Below, piece after piece: positions 1 through 9,753 of a stretch of DNA of 43,667 nt (positions within the stretch are counted from its first letter, which is position 1; each line of letters opens with the position of its first letter). The stretch lies in NCBI GenBank assembly GCA_019247335.1, contig JAFAPB010000075.1, positions 1 through 43,667 of the forward strand, written 5' to 3'. This DNA is from Candidatus Kaiserbacteria bacterium. GTDB taxonomy: Bacteria > Patescibacteriota > Minisyncoccia > Phycocordibacterales > UBA2100. The notes under the pieces are model-generated. The model searched no databases and had not been told where the DNA came from. It saw only the letters and a list, made by a program, of their open reading frames with translations. The position numbers were made by a program, and so were the translations under genes.

Positions 1-451
1 CGACACGGCCCGTAATAGATGAAAGGATGGCGGTCAAAACGGACGCCCGCGCGACGGCGGGCAAAAGCGTACCCATGACGAGCATGAGCGATATCAAAGA
101 GACGGCGGCGGTCGCCAGACGCTTTCCTTTATATATCCTTCCGCGCAAACGTGTGCCGCGGCTTTCCTGTTTGGTGACTCTAATAGGCGTTTTCCTGGCC
201 TTTCGTGCCCAAAAAGGGTAGTGAAACCGGGGCTTTGCCGCCGATACCCTCTTTTATTGAGACTTATAGCCAGTTTTGGCCAATGGCACGATCGGTCTTT
301 CGGGAAAATGGCTCAAAACCTCCGTTTTTGAGCGCCTTCAGTAAGTATCGTGAAGTGCCACTGGTGCATTCACCCTACCCAAAGCCCCTTTCATAGTCAA
401 TTCATATTCGGATGGGCGAGTGGATAGCTTGTTTGTCAACTTTGTGCCTCG

Positions 452-544
452 GTGGCAGCGTTTGCCGGAAAACGCGATTCCGCTGCTGCGGAAATCGCTC
501 CATCCTCGACCGTCGTCTGTGGAGTTTCCGACAAACGCTGCCAC
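452..544. other. Nested stem-loop element in the ~450-nt gene-free region upstream of the helicase gene
   Basis: GTGGCAGCGTTTG (452-464) is the exact reverse complement of CAAACGCTGCCAC (532-544), extended by CGGAAA/TTTCCG. Inside it, GCGATTCCGC (474-483) pairs with GCGGAAATCGC (488-498) around a TGCT loop. Strand cannot be decided from the sequence. Confidence 0.4.
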
Positions 545-578
545 ACTCGCGGGTGAGGCCTGATGCTATAGTCTCGAA

Positions 579-2471
579 ATGAAATATCTCGAGGGACTCA
601 ACGAGCGGCAACGCGAGGCAGCCGAGTACCTCGAAGGCCCCTTGCTCATCGTCGCCGGCGCGGGCGCTGGTAAAACGAAGACGATCACCCATCGAATCGC
701 CCACATGATCGAAAAGGGGATCCCAGCTCGGCAGATCCTCGCTGTCACCTTTACGAATAAGGCGGCTGCCGAGATGCGAGATCGCGTGCGCGCGCTCGTT
801 CCGGAAGGCAAAGGGTTGCCGTTCGTGTCGACCTTCCACTCCCTCGGCGTGCGGCTGTTGCGCGAATTTCACGAAGAGGCGGGGCTTACCCGCGGATTCA
901 CGATCTGGGATCGCGACGACTCCGTCCGCGCGGTCAAAGCGGCGCTCGAAAAGCTCTCGATCGAGCAGTGGCCGCCGCGCAATATCCTCGGCACGATCTC
1001 GCGGCAAAAAGGCGACGGTGTCTCCGTGACGGAATACGCCGCACAAGCGCGAACATTCCGCGAAAATACGGTCGCGCAGGCGTGGGCACTCTACGAAAAA
1101 GCATTGCACGAAGAGGGAGCGCTCGATTTCGACGATCTGCTTTTCCGCACGCTCACGCTGCTTCGCTCATCAGAGAGAGAGCGCGCGCTTCTGCAGGGGC
1201 GCTGGCACTACATCACGATCGACGAATATCAGGATACGAACAAGGCGCAATATGAGATCGCCGCGATCCTCGCCGGAGAGCGCAAGAACATCTGTGTCGT
1301 CGGCGACACGGATCAGAATATTTACTCATGGCGCGGCGCGGACATCGCGCATCTTTTGCAGTTCGAGCTCGCGTTCCCCGGTACGAAAGTCGTTACGCTC
1401 GAACAGAACTACCGCTCGACCCGTACCATCCTTACCGCAGCCAACGGCGTGATCGAGAAAAATAAGCGCAGAAAGCCCAAGACGCTTTTCACGGATCAAG
1501 GGACGGGAGAGCCGATCGCGCTCTACGGCGGCGTGAATGAGATCGATGAAGCGTGGTTCATCGCGCAAGAAGCCGCGCGGCTCATCGAAACGGGTACGCC
1601 ACCCAAAGAGATCGCTGTTTTATATCGCGAGAATTTCCAATCGCGCGGCATCGAAGAGGCGATGTTGCACGCAGGCGTGCCGTACCGCGTCTTAGGCACG
1701 CGTTTCTTCGAGCGCAAAGAGGTGAAAGACACCTTGAGCTACTTGCGTGCAGCGATGAATACGAACGCGCGCGTCGATCTGCAGCGGATCGTCGGCGTCC
1801 CGCCGCGCGGGATCGGCAAGGTGACGCTTGAGAAAATGCTGGCCGGCCTCGACGCGGATCTTCCGGCGGGAGCACGGACGAAAGTCGTCGCATTTCGCGA
1901 GACGCTCGCGAAGATCGCGCATGCGATCAAGATCGTGCCGGCATCCGAAGCGGTGGCCGTCACGATCGAGGCTTCCGGCATGCAAACCCTCTACGAAAAA
2001 ACCGAAGAGGGGCGCGAGCGCCTCGAGAACATCCGTGAGCTGCAGAACTTCGCGACGCGCTACGACGACGAAGAGCCGCCGCAGGGGATCGAGCATCTCC
2101 TTGAGGAAGCGGCGCTGCAGAGCGACCAGGACCAGCTCGAAGATTCGCACAACGCCGTCTCGCTCATGACGATCCATGCGTCGAAGGGGCTCGAATTCGA
2201 TGCCGTCTTCGTAACGGGACTCGAGCAGGGGCTATTTCCTTCGATGCGCGAGAGCGACGATCGCGACGAGGAAGAAGAGCGCCGGCTGTTTTATGTCGCG
2301 ATCACGCGGGCGCGCACACGCCTGTATCTCACGTACGCGTCGCAGCGCCTGAAATACGGGTCACGAGAATTCACCGTACCGTCCGAATTCATCGACGATA
2401 TAGACGCGCGGCTCGTGCAGACCTTTGAGAGAAAACGATCGCTTTTGGATGACGAAGATGTTATTAGATAG
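579..2471 (+). CDS. pcrA: ATP-dependent DNA helicase, UvrD/PcrA/Rep superfamily 1
   Basis: 630-aa ORF with Walker A AGAGAGKTKT, DEYQDT motif II, QNYRST and C-terminal VAITRAR. An extended -10 TGCTATAGT (564-572) lies 6 nt before the ATG. Confidence 0.9.
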   Translation: MKYLEGLNERQREAAEYLEGPLLIVAGAGAGKTKTITHRIAHMIEKGIPARQILAVTFTNKAAAEMRDRVRALVPEGKGLPFVSTFHSLGVRLLREFHEEAGLTRGFTIWDRDDSVRAVKAALEKLSIEQWPPRNILGTISRQKGDGVSVTEYAAQARTFRENTVAQAWALYEKALHEEGALDFDDLLFRTLTLLRSSERERALLQGRWHYITIDEYQDTNKAQYEIAAILAGERKNICVVGDTDQNIYSWRGADIAHLLQFELAFPGTKVVTLEQNYRSTRTILTAANGVIEKNKRRKPKTLFTDQGTGEPIALYGGVNEIDEAWFIAQEAARLIETGTPPKEIAVLYRENFQSRGIEEAMLHAGVPYRVLGTRFFERKEVKDTLSYLRAAMNTNARVDLQRIVGVPPRGIGKVTLEKMLAGLDADLPAGARTKVVAFRETLAKIAHAIKIVPASEAVAVTIEASGMQTLYEKTEEGRERLENIRELQNFATRYDDEEPPQGIEHLLEEAALQSDQDQLEDSHNAVSLMTIHASKGLEFDAVFVTGLEQGLFPSMRESDDRDEEEERRLFYVAITRARTRLYLTYASQRLKYGSREFTVPSEFIDDIDARLVQTFERKRSLLDDEDVIR

Positions 2472-3248
2472 ATGATGAAGAAGACCGTCGCGCGGCTCGG
2501 ACAGCATTTTCTTATACATCGCTGGGCGGCGGCGAAGCTCGCACACGCAGCGATGCCAAAAGAAAATGAAACGATCGTCGAGATCGGTCCCGGCAAAGGC
2601 GTGCTCACGCGAGAATTACTCGCGCTCGGGAAGGTCATCGCGATCGAAAAAGATCCGTCGCTCGTTGCGTTCTTGCGCGATGCCTTTCAAGCCGAGATCG
2701 CTTCCGGACGACTCACGCTCATCGAAAGCGACGTGCGCGATGTTTCACCCGAGAAATTGCATCTTGAGCGATACGTCGTCGCTGCGAACATTCCGTATTA
2801 CATCACGGGTGAGATCATTCGCAGTTTTCTTGAGAGCGGTATGCCGCCGCGCGCGATGGCGCTTCTCGTGCAGAAAGAAGTCGCGCAGCGCATCGTAAGC
2901 GAAACGGAAAGCATCCTCTCCATTTCCGTCAAAGTGTACGGCACACCGAAACTGATCGCGAAAGTGTCGCGCACGCATTTTTCTCCGCCGCCCTCGGTCG
3001 ATTCCGCCATCCTGCTTATCGATTCTGTTTCGAAACGGTTCTTCAGCGATATCGCTGAAAAAGATTTCTTCACGCTGGTGCGTGCCGGATTCGCGTCGAA
3101 ACGCAAGACGATCTCCAATAACCTGGCGGCCGCATTCGGAAAAGAGCGCGCGCTCCGCGCGCTCGAGCGCGCCGGCATCGCCGCGAACGCGCGCGCGGAG
3201 ACGATCCATGCGGAGGGGTGGAAGGCGTTGGCGAAGGCGCTTGCTTGA
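2472..3248 (+). CDS. rsmA: 16S rRNA (adenine-N6)-dimethyltransferase RsmA/KsgA
   Basis: 258 aa with GQHFL, the SAM loop EIGPGKGVLT and NIPYYIT. The ATG abuts the helicase stop codon. Confidence 0.9.
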   Translation: MMKKTVARLGQHFLIHRWAAAKLAHAAMPKENETIVEIGPGKGVLTRELLALGKVIAIEKDPSLVAFLRDAFQAEIASGRLTLIESDVRDVSPEKLHLERYVVAANIPYYITGEIIRSFLESGMPPRAMALLVQKEVAQRIVSETESILSISVKVYGTPKLIAKVSRTHFSPPPSVDSAILLIDSVSKRFFSDIAEKDFFTLVRAGFASKRKTISNNLAAAFGKERALRALERAGIAANARAETIHAEGWKALAKALA

Positions 3249-3322
3249 AAGGAAAAATTTCGCGAGCCCGCCTCGGCATCGCGCCTGCTGGCGCGATATA
3301 CCTGCGGCCGAGCTCATCAGTG

Positions 3323-3350
3323 AAAAACAGTGCGCAGGCACTGTTTTTTT
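3323..3350. terminator. Bidirectional intrinsic terminator between convergent rsmA and 3349-3666
   Basis: AAAAA-CAGTGC-GCAG-GCACTG-TTTTTTT: a perfect 6-bp stem flanked by an A-run and a T-run. Confidence 0.6.
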
Positions 3351-3666
3351 ACTGTGAGCTCCCCATCATCGTGATATTGATGCCAGGGTAGACGATGATC
3401 GGCACGATCGAGACCAGGCAGTAGTACGGCGCGCCGGCGAGCCCGAGAAGCCATTGGCCGGAATGCGAGGGCGGTCCGAAGCGGTACGTCTGCGTACCGG
3501 GCGTCCAGATGTAGTCGCCGCCGACCGGCGGTCCCACGCGCGCCCAGATCGCGTTGTTGTAGCAGAAAACGATCTGTCCTATCTGCCCGCCGAACGGAAA
3601 CGCGTACGCGGCGAGTGGAAAAAGAAACGAGATCACGGCGGCGGCGAGTGCGGCGCGCATCGACAT
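3349..3666 (-). CDS. Small exported protein, unknown function
   Basis: 105 aa. N-terminal signal-like MSMRAALAAAVISFLFPLAAYA, two Cys and a C-terminal hydrophobic stretch. Its start codon is back-to-back with the 3665 ORF. Confidence 0.5.
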   Translation of the reverse strand: MSMRAALAAAVISFLFPLAAYAFPFGGQIGQIVFCYNNAIWARVGPPVGGDYIWTPGTQTYRFGPPSHSGQWLLGLAGAPYYCLVSIVPIIVYPGINITMMGSSQ

Positions 3667-4588
3667 GAGCGTATTGTATCATTCAAGGATGCCGAACGAG
3701 GCGCCGCGGCGCGCAATACTTTCGCATCCGTTCGCGATCCTCTGCGCGATCGCGATCATGCTTTTCCTTATCGGCGGCACGATCGTGATGAGTCGCACGC
3801 CGCATGCGATAAACGGCGCATCCGACGCCTGGGGGAGCAACGCAACGACGCTCATCAATCCGACCTCCTTCTCACCGTATTACCGCGACAACTCCGCCGT
3901 TGCGCCGCCGCTGTTCGGCGCGACGACGACCGGCACGATCCATATCTTTCATCCGCCGGCACCGCAAACGACGGTGCCGGCGCAGTCGAGCGACATGGAT
4001 TTCGACAATTTCCTCGCGCAGCTCATGCGCCCGGCCGCCGCACAGACGACGAGCACGGTGAATATCGACTCAAAGAACGCGTATTCGTTCATTCCCCAAG
4101 GATTCGTCAGCACATCGACGCAGAAAAAGCGGACGGCCGCACAAGACGCGCTTTATGAGTATGGCAACGTCGCAGGAACGATCGTCCGCTCGTTTGAGGA
4201 CGCCCATCCGGACGAAGTGCAGATCCTCGCGGCACAGGCTGCCGATCGCGGCAATGCATTGAAATCGCTCGCGCTTGCGAGCCTCGGCGACGATCTGACC
4301 GCTGCCGGGGCGCAATTAGCGGTGCTTCCGCACGTGCCCGATCAGGCGCGCGCGGCCAACGGGAACCTTGCACGGGACTACCAGATGATCGGGCAGAAGC
4401 TCAAAGCGATCGCGCTCGCTAAGAATGACGGCGAATTTCTCGCCGCGATCACGAGCTACAACGCTTCCGCGGACGGATTCACGCGCGATTATATAGCGCT
4501 TGCGACGATTTTCGCGGTCGCGGGGGTGTCATTCGATAAAACCGAAGGCGGCGCGGCATTCATGTTCTCGAACACCGGAAGTTTCTAA
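3665..4588 (+). CDS. Membrane-anchored protein, first gene of the T4SS-like operon (unknown function)
   Basis: 307 aa with one N-terminal TM (FAILCAIAIMLFLIGGTIVM). Its C-terminal helical region resembles that of the next ORF. An alternative start exists at 3689. Confidence 0.6.
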   Translation: MSVLYHSRMPNEAPRRAILSHPFAILCAIAIMLFLIGGTIVMSRTPHAINGASDAWGSNATTLINPTSFSPYYRDNSAVAPPLFGATTTGTIHIFHPPAPQTTVPAQSSDMDFDNFLAQLMRPAAAQTTSTVNIDSKNAYSFIPQGFVSTSTQKKRTAAQDALYEYGNVAGTIVRSFEDAHPDEVQILAAQAADRGNALKSLALASLGDDLTAAGAQLAVLPHVPDQARAANGNLARDYQMIGQKLKAIALAKNDGEFLAAITSYNASADGFTRDYIALATIFAVAGVSFDKTEGGAAFMFSNTGSF

Positions 4589-4648
4589 AAAGGGGCGAAA
4601 AATCTGGGGGAAAGCCGAAAAACGCGTCCGGTCGCACGCTATACTTGT

Positions 4649-5458
4649 ATGGTGCGCGCATACCGACACATACCGCTCACTCCGCTTACGATCGCCGCGC
4701 TCGGATCGATCGCGCTCTTGCTGTGCGTTGCGACGTACCGCGCCTACGCGATGATTCGCCCGGCGCCGCTTACTACCGTTGCCGCATCGTCAACGAGCCC
4801 GGTCGCAGAAGATAACGCAAGCTGGGAACAGGAGAAGCTGCTGCTCGGGCTCTCGACGTCGAGCGATCCGACCGCGGGAGACGCGATCGACATCATCGCG
4901 CCGCAGGTTTTGGCGCAGCTCATCGGCGAATATGCGGGGCTCCAGCAGTCCGGTACGTATTCCTCATCGACCGCAGCGGCCGCCGCAGCACAGATCGCGG
5001 CGAATGTGCGCGCCAACGTCTCGTACGAACCGGTAAGCGCATCGCAGATCAAGACGGATGCCGATAGTTCGTACGCGCGCATGATGAAATATCGCGATGA
5101 CATGCGCGTCGCGCTCCAGCCGCTTCTGCAGAACGACCGTGCGGAGTACGAGATCTACGGCAATTACGTCGCGACCGGCGACAAGAGCTACCTGCGCGAA
5201 CTCCAGACGGTAGCCGATCGCTATCACGATGCGGGCACCGCCGCAGCAGCTGTCACCGTGCCGGCGGACATCGTCGGAACGCATGCGGAGATCGTGAACG
5301 CGCTCCTTCGGTTTTCATCGACGCTCAACGCGATGGCGACGCATGCGGATGATCCGATCGCATCTGTTGCGCTCTTGCGCACGTACAACGACGCCGAGTC
5401 CGACGTCCTCAACTCTTTCGACAAGCTCGCGACCTATGAGCGATTGAAAACGCCATGA
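4649..5458 (+). CDS. Membrane-anchored protein, apparent paralogue of 3665-4588
   Basis: 269 aa with an N-terminal TM (LTIAALGSIALLLCVATY). The C-terminal pattern ..VP...L....D....YN....F...LAT.. is shared with the preceding ORF. Confidence 0.6.
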   Translation: MVRAYRHIPLTPLTIAALGSIALLLCVATYRAYAMIRPAPLTTVAASSTSPVAEDNASWEQEKLLLGLSTSSDPTAGDAIDIIAPQVLAQLIGEYAGLQQSGTYSSSTAAAAAAQIAANVRANVSYEPVSASQIKTDADSSYARMMKYRDDMRVALQPLLQNDRAEYEIYGNYVATGDKSYLRELQTVADRYHDAGTAAAAVTVPADIVGTHAEIVNALLRFSSTLNAMATHADDPIASVALLRTYNDAESDVLNSFDKLATYERLKTP

Positions 5459-7110
5459 GATACTTGCCCGCATTCTTCGTCGCGCTTCTTACGTGCCTCG
5501 TGCCGCTCGTCGGCTATGCGCAGGCGACGAACACGTCCGGATTCCAGCGCGAAGGCATCTTCGGCTGCAATGCGGGGCAATACGGCGGATCGCCCGGTAC
5601 GACAGCGGCGATCGGCGGGATCTACGTGCCCGTTAATGATGCGGCGGTCACCCTCAATACGGGCATCCTCGTCTATAAGGAGTGCGTGCTGCGCGGCGTC
5701 GTCGACCGCATCCGCGAAAACGTCACCTCCGCGACGGTCAAGGGCGGCACCGTCGCGTTCCTGACCGGCCGCACGACCGTTGATGCCAACGGCAACACGA
5801 TCCAGCAGCCGCTCTTCCCGGTGAATTTGCGGCAGGATCAGCTCGCGGAGAGCGATCGCATCGTCGCGCTCGACCTTAAGAACGGAACCTTCAACTCGCT
5901 CAACCCCGCATTCAAAGACACCGTGACGCGCGCCGTGGCACGCGGCTATTACCTCTCGACGCGACAGCCGCAGAGCGGCTACGGATGCGCGTATACCGAC
6001 GATGCTGCCGCGCTCAAAGGCAATCCGCAATCGGTGTGGACCGCGCTCGACGCGCTACAGAATCCCGCGTGCAGCCAGTATTGGGCGTATCAAGCGGCCA
6101 ACTCGAATGTGATGAATGACGCGGCGGACGCGGTGAACACGATGCTGAACAAACTCGAGTGGGCAGGCGGGATCTACGACGTCGCATCGGTCGATCAGAA
6201 CGGCGACGTCATCACAAAAACGCCGGGGCGGTTCGTCGGATCAAACGAAGAGCAATTGCTGCAGTCCGGGTTCCAGCAGCAGCAGAGCGCGAACGACATC
6301 GATCAGATGGTCGGGGCGCTCTTCTCCGGCATGTCGTCGCAGATCATCCGCGACAACCAGGGCCTCTCCGGGCTCATGCAGCCGGTAGGCTCGCAGCCCT
6401 CGTACCTCGACCAGGTGGCAGCAGAGAGCTCCGCCGGACTCCGCACCGCAACGGCCAACGCCGCGCTCGCCGTCCTCGCCGCGTCGCGTACGGTCGAAAA
6501 GGCATACAATGATACGTGGCGCTCGATCCAAAGCCAGGTCACGACCTCGGTCAATTCGCTCAAGAGCGCCGAGAACCAGTGCTGGACGAACATCATTCAA
6601 AAGGTGTGCACGGGCGCACCGAACTCCAACGGCTCGTGTACCGCGCCGAGCGGCGAGAATCTCAAGGTCTCGACATCCACCGTGTACTCGCAATCCGCGA
6701 TCGCGGGGTCGACGGCGCTTTCGGTCTCTTCGCAGGTCACGCAGAATATCGCCGCTTCCGACAACGCGCTTCGACTGTTCGATCAGCTCATCGCAGCCGT
6801 CACGAATACGTCCTCAACCGACGCGCAGCTGCTCGCGATCAAACAAGTAGATTCGCTCGTCGCGCAGGGACTCCTGCATACGCAGAAAGATCTTGACCAA
6901 GCGACCGCTGCACAAAAGGCAGTGCAGCAAGGCGCATCGACCGTCGTTTCTGACACGGTGAAGGCATGGGCCGGCGGCGGATCGGACGGAAGCGCCGACA
7001 TTGCGTGGAACGGCGTCTACCCGCCGAAGGCGAGCCAGGATGTCGTCGGCTGGTGCAATGCAAATAACGCGACGACCCAGCAGGGCTGGATCGCGAAATG
7101 GAAGATATGA
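5455..7110 (+). CDS. Secreted Q/A/S/T-rich protein, unknown function
   Basis: 551 aa with signal peptide MRYLPAFFVALLTCLVPLVGYAQA. Overlaps the upstream stop by 4 nt. Confidence 0.65.
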   Translation: MRYLPAFFVALLTCLVPLVGYAQATNTSGFQREGIFGCNAGQYGGSPGTTAAIGGIYVPVNDAAVTLNTGILVYKECVLRGVVDRIRENVTSATVKGGTVAFLTGRTTVDANGNTIQQPLFPVNLRQDQLAESDRIVALDLKNGTFNSLNPAFKDTVTRAVARGYYLSTRQPQSGYGCAYTDDAAALKGNPQSVWTALDALQNPACSQYWAYQAANSNVMNDAADAVNTMLNKLEWAGGIYDVASVDQNGDVITKTPGRFVGSNEEQLLQSGFQQQQSANDIDQMVGALFSGMSSQIIRDNQGLSGLMQPVGSQPSYLDQVAAESSAGLRTATANAALAVLAASRTVEKAYNDTWRSIQSQVTTSVNSLKSAENQCWTNIIQKVCTGAPNSNGSCTAPSGENLKVSTSTVYSQSAIAGSTALSVSSQVTQNIAASDNALRLFDQLIAAVTNTSSTDAQLLAIKQVDSLVAQGLLHTQKDLDQATAAQKAVQQGASTVVSDTVKAWAGGGSDGSADIAWNGVYPPKASQDVVGWCNANNATTQQGWIAKWKI

Positions 7111-9752
7111 CGATGAGTAACGCACGCAATGCAATAGGTACACGCCTGATGACCGCGGCGCTCTTGCTTGCCGTGATGTTCACGTCGTTTATCGCTGCGC
7201 CGATCGCGGAAGCGTCGAGTGTCTCGGGCAGTGCGGGCGCAACGACCGGAGCAACAGGTGCCGGTACGACCGGCGTAGCAGGCGCCGCCGGGACGAACCC
7301 GCAGCCAAAAGTGGAATTTGTCTGCCAGCTCGGCGGCGTCATCAAAAGCACGGATTTGAGCGGCTGCTTGCCGCTCTTTGCGTCGTGGCTCGGCTCGTGG
7401 TTTCTCACAATTGGCGGCGCGTTCCTTCGTATCACTGGCTACTTCTTCGACGCGCTCACGTATCACATCATCATTGCCTTTGCCTCAACGCTCGATTATT
7501 TGAAGATCACCGATGCGATCAACACCGGGTGGACGGTCTTCCGCGATCTCTCCAACATGCTCATCATCGGCATGTTTGTCTTTATCGCGATCTCGATCAT
7601 TCTTGGTCTCAAGGAATACGGACAGAAGCGGCTTATCGCCAACGTGCTCATCGTCGCGGTCTTGATTAACTTCAGTCTTCTCTTTACGAAGCTCATCATC
7701 GACTTTTCGAACTTCACCTCCTATCAGGTCTACACGAAAATGACGACGAATCCCGGCGGGGGACAATCGAGCTTCGACATCGCGGGCAGCTTCCTCGCGC
7801 CGATGGGCATTACAAGCATCTGGGATTCGAGCGGCCTCGTCACCGACCAGGTGCTGCAATCGACGCAGAGCGGCCTGCAGGCATTCGCCTTCGGGCTCGT
7901 CGGCGGCATCATGCTTACCATGGTCGCGGCGGTGCTCGCGTACGGCTGCTTTTTGATCATCGCGCGCGGCATACTCCTCATCTTTTTAATGCTGACGGGG
8001 CCACTCGCATTCGCGACCTATCTCATACCGAATTTTGCGAAGAGCGAATACGGTTGGAATAACTGGTGGAAGACGCTGATCAACAGCGCCGCTTTCGCGC
8101 CGCTGCTTATGATCTTTCTTGCGATCTCGCTCGCGATCGTAAACGCCGCCGGGACGGCCGCGCAGCAGCAGACGAAGATCTCGATGGGCGCGATCATCGC
8201 GAACCCTGCGCAACAGCTCACGCAAAACAGCAGCGCGTGGGTCACCATCATGGTCTACATGATCGGCACGGGACTCCTTTTCGTCTCGTTGCGACTCGCG
8301 AGCAAATTCGCCGGCACGATCAGCGGCCTCGCGACGCCCTCGACGCTCGCGCAAGGCGCGCTGAAGGTCGCGGCGTTCGCGCCGATCGGCGTCGGCGGGC
8401 CACTGCTCGGAACGATGCTGCAGGCTTCACGCGGCACGCGTGCGCTCGGCCGACTTGAGACAGCAAAACAGGATTTGAGCGCATCGCGCCAGAAGATGGG
8501 CACGATGTACGGCGACTTACAGGCCACGAAGGCCACGCACGGCGAGCGCTCGCCGCAGTACCGAGCCGCGCTCAAGGATTACAACAAACAGGTGAAAGCC
8601 ACCGTCAAGCTCGCGAAGAAGGCGGACAAGGCCGAAGAGGTCGCCCGCAAGGATTACAACGTCGCGGATACGGCGCCCGCGAAAGCGGTAGCAAAAGCGG
8701 TCGGCGTGCCCGAGCCGTTCACCGGACAGACGCCGAAAAAAGCGACCGGCGGCGTCCTCGGAAAGGTCGAGCGGCAAGCGAAAGAGGCGGAAAAGATCAC
8801 CAAGCGTCTCGAGCCGACCGCCGGCGACGAACAGGCGATCCAGGAAAAGCACCGACGCGAAGCGGAACGGCGCCACGAAGGGGAGCGCACCGCACTCAAC
8901 GAGCAGCTGCGCATCGCGCGCGCGACCCAAGACGGCATCAGGAAGCAGGCAGCGACCGACAAAGCGCGCCTCACGCAAGAGCAGGAACAGGCGAAGAAGG
9001 ATCGCGAGTCGCGCGCGGCCGAAGTCGACAAGATCGTGAAGGGCATTCAGCCGCGACATGAAGCCGCCGTCAAAGAAAAGGAAACGATCACCAAAGAAGT
9101 GCAGACGAATACCAAGGAGATAAACGAGCGCGCGAACAATCAGCAGGTCGAACTCGACCGCAAGATCGCGATCGAGACCAACCCAGCAGAGATCACGAAG
9201 CTCAAAGCGGAGAAGGAGACCGTCGAAGTGAAGCGCGGCGCGGAGCTCCGCACCGAGCAAGCGAAGATCCAGCGCGTCACCGCACAGGTCGAGCAGATCG
9301 AATCCGAGATCAAGCAAGCGCGCCAGCCGATCACGGATCTCGACGCGAAGATCGCACAAGCGAATACGCAGATCGAGAATCTCGACACGCAGGTCGCCAA
9401 CGCCGATCGCGATGTCAGACAAAAAGAGAACGCGCTCAAGCAGCTCGATCAGCAGATCCGTACGGAGGCGAAGGAAGCGGGCGACCGCGAGATCAACGCC
9501 ATGCATGCAGGTCTCGTCGACGCGGCGGCCGAAGCAGGTCGGCAGGTCGCCGAAAATCCGGCCGACCGGCCGTTCGTCGTCGACGAGGTCCGCAGCGCGT
9601 TCAAGAAGCGCACGAGCGCCGAAGGTCGCATGAAGCGATTCTTCCAGGATATGAATAAAGAGATCGGCACCGGAGAGCCGCCGCAGACGCCGTCATCGCC
9701 GATCTCGCCCACGCCGCCTCCGACACCGCCGTCGCCGCCACCCGCCCACTGA
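7098..9752 (+). CDS. Polytopic TrbL/VirB6-like membrane protein fused to a long charged coiled-coil and a Pro-rich tail
   Basis: 884 aa. Signal/TM, Gly-Thr-Ala tract, at least 6 hydrophobic helices (residues ~90-440), then ~400 aa rich in K/E/Q/A/R and a terminal PPQTPSSPISPTPPPTPPSPPPAH. The family call rests on topology and context, not on a search. Confidence 0.6.
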   Translation: MEDMTMSNARNAIGTRLMTAALLLAVMFTSFIAAPIAEASSVSGSAGATTGATGAGTTGVAGAAGTNPQPKVEFVCQLGGVIKSTDLSGCLPLFASWLGSWFLTIGGAFLRITGYFFDALTYHIIIAFASTLDYLKITDAINTGWTVFRDLSNMLIIGMFVFIAISIILGLKEYGQKRLIANVLIVAVLINFSLLFTKLIIDFSNFTSYQVYTKMTTNPGGGQSSFDIAGSFLAPMGITSIWDSSGLVTDQVLQSTQSGLQAFAFGLVGGIMLTMVAAVLAYGCFLIIARGILLIFLMLTGPLAFATYLIPNFAKSEYGWNNWWKTLINSAAFAPLLMIFLAISLAIVNAAGTAAQQQTKISMGAIIANPAQQLTQNSSAWVTIMVYMIGTGLLFVSLRLASKFAGTISGLATPSTLAQGALKVAAFAPIGVGGPLLGTMLQASRGTRALGRLETAKQDLSASRQKMGTMYGDLQATKATHGERSPQYRAALKDYNKQVKATVKLAKKADKAEEVARKDYNVADTAPAKAVAKAVGVPEPFTGQTPKKATGGVLGKVERQAKEAEKITKRLEPTAGDEQAIQEKHRREAERRHEGERTALNEQLRIARATQDGIRKQAATDKARLTQEQEQAKKDRESRAAEVDKIVKGIQPRHEAAVKEKETITKEVQTNTKEINERANNQQVELDRKIAIETNPAEITKLKAEKETVEVKRGAELRTEQAKIQRVTAQVEQIESEIKQARQPITDLDAKIAQANTQIENLDTQVANADRDVRQKENALKQLDQQIRTEAKEAGDREINAMHAGLVDAAAEAGRQVAENPADRPFVVDEVRSAFKKRTSAEGRMKRFFQDMNKEIGTGEPPQTPSSPISPTPPPTPPSPPPAH

Positions 9753-9753
9753 T

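Noticed and set aside
1-221. Edge ORFs: plus 27-221, and a possible minus-strand gene start at 85 (MLVMGTLLPAVARASVLTAILSSITGRV...)
   Set aside because: They are too short, truncated by the window edge, and mutually exclusive, so neither can be supported.
402-1109. 235-aa minus-strand ORF overlapping the helicase start
   Set aside because: It is antisense to a clearly motif-bearing helicase gene. Its Arg/Asp/His/Gly-rich composition is typical of high-GC shadow ORFs.
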